A stretch of DNA of 64,000 nucleotides from a virus (Duplodnaviria > Caudoviricetes), in IMG/VR virus record IMGVR_UViG_3300028048_000075, positions 1 through 64,000 of that record. One strand, 5' to 3'. Position 1 is the stretch's first letter. Each line of letters opens with the position of its first letter. A model generated the notes under the pieces. The model was not told where the DNA came from and ran no database searches. It worked only from the letters and a program-made list of their open reading frames with translations. Made by a program: the position numbers and the translations under genes. Below are positions 60,560-64,000 of this stretch, one piece after another.

Positions 60560-61048
60560 TTAGTTTTTAAGAACTTCTGGTTTTACAGAATAGTTGTTTA
60601 TGTGAAGATCTTTGATCATATTGGAAATATTATTAGCTTTCATCACAAGACGATCGGACTTCTTAAGATATCTTTTCTTAGCTTTATCAAACTTGACAAA
60701 CATTGTATAAGTATCCATAGGAAGTTCAACATTCAGCAATTCTTTTGCACGAATGATATACATATCGATATCATTCTTGAATTCATTATAAACGTATTCG
60801 TTTATTTCTGCACGAATGTGACGATTATAATGCTTGTATTTATTTGTAGTTACACCATTTTGACGTATATACATCAAGCTCCATTCAGGTTTGTCGTCAT
60901 CAAGTCTATCCACAATGAATTTACGAATCTTTTTCGTAAGACTCAATTCCATATTAGCGACTTTTACAAGTTCGCTAAGAGTTTTTGTGTGTCTCTCGAC
61001 TTTACCATAGCAATAATCTGCCTTTACCCTAAGTTTAATGATATTCAT
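60560..61048 (-). CDS. Hypothetical basic protein (162 aa)
   Basis: GGGGG RBS-like sequence; in an operon. Confidence 0.65.
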   Translation of the reverse strand: MNIIKLRVKADYCYGKVERHTKTLSELVKVANMELSLTKKIRKFIVDRLDDDKPEWSLMYIRQNGVTTNKYKHYNRHIRAEINEYVYNEFKNDIDMYIIRAKELLNVELPMDTYTMFVKFDKAKKRYLKKSDRLVMKANNISNMIKDLHINNYSVKPEVLKN

Positions 61049-61062
61049 TTTGAAATATCCCC

Positions 61063-61833
61063 CTATAAAATTGATTGGATTAATGGAAATACGAAATGAA
61101 TGTAATTGTCATCTTTAACAAGAGTTACATCGCCCGTTTCCTGATAAAGATTCGGAGTATAAACTAACGAATCGTTTATATTGTATTTGTACTCTCCTTT
61201 ATGGAGTACATCAGCATAAATAGTTTGATCTTCAGACGTTATATATTTCATTCGGAGTTTACTTAAACGTCTTAAACATTCATATCTCTTTTCATCAGAA
61301 TATTCGTTACAAACACAACAAACATCCTTAAGAATTTTCTTAACAAACGGATAATCAGAAATATAAGGATCCTCAGATTTACTCTGTATTTTGATTTTCT
61401 TTGTTATTCTGTCAAAGAGAATATAGGTATCGTTGTCTATATAAAATAGACTAGTGTATGATATTTTATCTTTATTTCTAAAATAGAAATCGTCTATTCC
61501 GTTGATTGGTGCAATTTGATTGCAAATAATTATACTATCAGTCGTTGTTGCTAAAAAGTTATTAGGTCTAATTTTATTTCTTTCAAGCCATTCATTATAT
61601 ATTTCGATGGTTCTTTTACCAATGGCTTTTCTTATTTTCATACCTTCAGTTTCAAAGATCTTATTGATTTCTTCGACATATTGATCTTTGCTTAATGATA
61701 ATAAATATCCATACTTTTCTGGATCAATTTCATTCAAAATAGTAGGATAAGCCTTTCTTATATTGTATTCAACGATATTAGAATTAATTATATGAGATCT
61801 AATGTTGTTGTTGATTACTTTATAAACTTCCAT
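61063..61833 (-). CDS. Small PolB palm-like protein (degenerate motifs A and C)
   Basis: IVEYNIRKAYPTIL resembles motif A and LATTTDSIII resembles motif C; early-type promoter at 61855. Confidence 0.5.
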   Translation of the reverse strand: MEVYKVINNNIRSHIINSNIVEYNIRKAYPTILNEIDPEKYGYLLSLSKDQYVEEINKIFETEGMKIRKAIGKRTIEIYNEWLERNKIRPNNFLATTTDSIIICNQIAPINGIDDFYFRNKDKISYTSLFYIDNDTYILFDRITKKIKIQSKSEDPYISDYPFVKKILKDVCCVCNEYSDEKRYECLRRLSKLRMKYITSEDQTIYADVLHKGEYKYNINDSLVYTPNLYQETGDVTLVKDDNYIHFVFPLIQSIL

Positions 61834-61932
61834 GACATGTGCCCCCGGACTGAGAGTATAATATATAAACTATAATATTTTAAAGTATATTAGTATATAC
61901 GCGAATTATTACTTATATATAGGAGAATACGA

Positions 61933-63036
61933 ATGAAAGATCATTTTATTATTGAAAACCCAATGTGTAATACAATACCTAGCATGGAATTCGATTTTTA
62001 TGCTAGATTTTATGAAAATAATACTGATTGGAGAACTATTATCGATTATTCCATGGGTATCGATTTGTGTTTTACTGAAGATACTCTAGAACGTTTTATC
62101 GAAAGAATCCTTACAGCTAATACTGCTAATAGACTTCCAGAATCTAAAGCTCCACTGGATGCTTTCTTTACTATTTTTAGACTTCCAGTTTCTGAAATTA
62201 AGAACGTTATGAATAAATATTCTGATATTATCGTAAAGAAGAATCTCCCTGATACAATGTCAAAATATTACGTTCTTGCAGTATTGGAAACATTGAAAAG
62301 GATTCTCGAAATCACAGAAGCAAATGAAGAAACTTATAAAGATAAATTCGTCATTGTTGACATATATGATTCTATTGTTGGTTCAGCTTATGTGGGAATA
62401 GAACTTCCTACTGGAACTATAGCTTTTAGAGCACATTCTCTTGGAGAAAAGATCTCTAGAGAAGATGTCCAGATTTCTTTTGCAGAAAAACTCCCTGTAG
62501 CTTACACATCATTCGGACTTAATCCTAACATTTGTTGTTTCAGCGATTATATCTTCTTCCCAACTCCAGGTGCATTCCTAGCTGTCAATAATACTGGAAT
62601 GACTTTAAGTCTTGTTGGTACAGAATTCTCAGCAGAAAAAATCAGAGATTATTCATATAAAAGAATTACACTCAAATTTAACTTTGTGCCAGTTAACGAA
62701 AAGATTTATAAGAATGGCAATGAATACGAAACATTTAAGAATTTCATAGAATATGTAGAAAATGGTTCTATGAATGATCCTATGAAACATCTGCTTAAAC
62801 TTGATTTTAAGCTGGCTTCTATAGAAATCACAGTACGTGGTACAGAAGAAAAAGAAACCGCAGATACATTCAGCAAAGTATTGATCGAAACTTTGTCAAG
62901 AGAGTTTGAAACTAATCTTAATGAAGCTATTGAAAGTGGCGTTCTTTATGATAGTGATACAAAAGAAGATTCGAAAGTCATTGTATTTGATACCAATAAG
63001 ATGAAAGAAGTTCATCTAAGGCCTATTTATAACTAA
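61933..63036 (+). CDS. Hypothetical protein (367 aa), possibly virion
   Basis: AGGAG RBS; N-terminal PSME/F site. Confidence 0.7.
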   Translation: MKDHFIIENPMCNTIPSMEFDFYARFYENNTDWRTIIDYSMGIDLCFTEDTLERFIERILTANTANRLPESKAPLDAFFTIFRLPVSEIKNVMNKYSDIIVKKNLPDTMSKYYVLAVLETLKRILEITEANEETYKDKFVIVDIYDSIVGSAYVGIELPTGTIAFRAHSLGEKISREDVQISFAEKLPVAYTSFGLNPNICCFSDYIFFPTPGAFLAVNNTGMTLSLVGTEFSAEKIRDYSYKRITLKFNFVPVNEKIYKNGNEYETFKNFIEYVENGSMNDPMKHLLKLDFKLASIEITVRGTEEKETADTFSKVLIETLSREFETNLNEAIESGVLYDSDTKEDSKVIVFDTNKMKEVHLRPIYN

Positions 63037-63037
63037 T

Positions 63038-63799
63038 ATGGACGAGTTAGATGCAAGAGCTGAAAAGCTCGAAAAAGAAATAAAGGATTTAGTAGATCCT
63101 AATAAAAAAGAAGTTGTTGTAAACGTCGATGACGATTTACTTGATGAAGAACCATATGATGATCGTTATTTCATTAATGATGGAAATAAAGTCGAAATTA
63201 TTAAATATATTGAGACTCTTATTAGAGGTTCTTTTGAATATTCTTGGTTTATCGATATGCTTAAGAAAACACTTGATGTTAAATCTTGTGTTTTCTTTAA
63301 AGGTTTTTCAGTAACAAATGGGATGAAATTACAATTTCATCATCATCCTTTCACATTATTTGATTACACAGAAGCTGTAGTTAATAAGCTTAAAGCTGAT
63401 ACTGAAGATGGGTTTGTTTATGAAAATGATGTTGCTAGAGAGGTAGCTAGATTGCACTATAAGTTTATGGTAGGTTTAGTTCCTCTCGATCCAACTTCAC
63501 ATCAACAAGTACATGATGGTGTATTGGAAATACCTCCTGAACTTGTTATTGGTAACTATGAAAAATTCTTCGAAGAATATAATCAATGGATACCAGAAGG
63601 AACTAAGATGAAGTATACTGAATGGTTAACTACAAACCATAATACTGAACTTGAAGTTCCTAAGAATTTTAAATACAAACCAACGATAATCAATGCTTCT
63701 AATAAACAACTCATCAATAATGATAACCTGAATGCGTTATTGATAAGTGACAAACTTTCGCAAGTTTCTAATGAAAACATTGCTAAACTTTTAGGATAA
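63038..63799 (+). CDS. HNH-like His-rich protein
   Basis: QFHHHPFTLFD ... GLVPLDPTSHQQVHDG resembles a betabetaalpha-metal motif. Confidence 0.55.
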   Translation: MDELDARAEKLEKEIKDLVDPNKKEVVVNVDDDLLDEEPYDDRYFINDGNKVEIIKYIETLIRGSFEYSWFIDMLKKTLDVKSCVFFKGFSVTNGMKLQFHHHPFTLFDYTEAVVNKLKADTEDGFVYENDVAREVARLHYKFMVGLVPLDPTSHQQVHDGVLEIPPELVIGNYEKFFEEYNQWIPEGTKMKYTEWLTTNHNTELEVPKNFKYKPTIINASNKQLINNDNLNALLISDKLSQVSNENIAKLLG

Positions 63800-63809
63800 G
63801 GAGCGAGTC

Positions 63810-64000
63810 TTGGAAACCCCTGAATATAAATTAGATCCTCATAGATCCGATATAGTGATTCTTTTAAAATTGCTAGGATACAATGATAACGACATAAATG
63901 ACTTGGATGTTGCCCTAAATTTCAATAAAGAAACTGATGGTCCTACATCTAGAAGAACAATCAAGGTTAATCCATTTTATAAGGCATTGCCATATGGTAT
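63810..64000 (+). CDS. Partial hypothetical protein running off the window
   Basis: AAGGAG RBS, TTG start, open to the end of the window. Confidence 0.6.
   Translation, partial: METPEYKLDPHRSDIVILLKLLGYNDNDINDLDVALNFNKETDGPTSRRTIKVNPFYKALPYG

Noticed and set aside
1-64000. Stop-codon reassignment
   Set aside because: Conserved genes are intact in code 11, and TAA, TAG and TGA all terminate genes.

Overview
This is a 64-kb, very AT-rich, gene-dense segment of a jumbo bacteriophage of the phiKZ/AR9(PBS1)-like supergroup; the anaerobic NrdD/NrdG pair suggests an anaerobic host. The assignment rests on split multisubunit RNA polymerase pieces (a beta' N-terminal half with NADFDGD and a beta C-terminal fragment), a split family-B DNA polymerase, SbcD/Mre11, a Dda/RecD-like helicase, a GyrB-type topoisomerase, dUTPase, a ThyX-like protein and large virion-type proteins with S-x-E head-protease-like sites. 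nrdD is interrupted by an 889-nt group I intron carrying an HNH endonuclease. Two recurring promoter-like motifs are visible: an early-type TATATTAT box and an AR9-late-type (A/G)ACA-N6-TA box. The most unusual signal is non-coding. Besides three ordinary tRNAs (Asn, Lys, Gln), two unlinked loci fold into tRNA cloverleaves whose anticodon arm is replaced by a long irregular hairpin (20570-20692 minus, 37910-38009 plus). One lies in a ~1.3-kb island of stacked structured RNAs, and the other shares C-rich/anti-Shine-Dalgarno-like motifs with a second small transcription unit. All product calls come from motif recognition by eye; no database searches were run.
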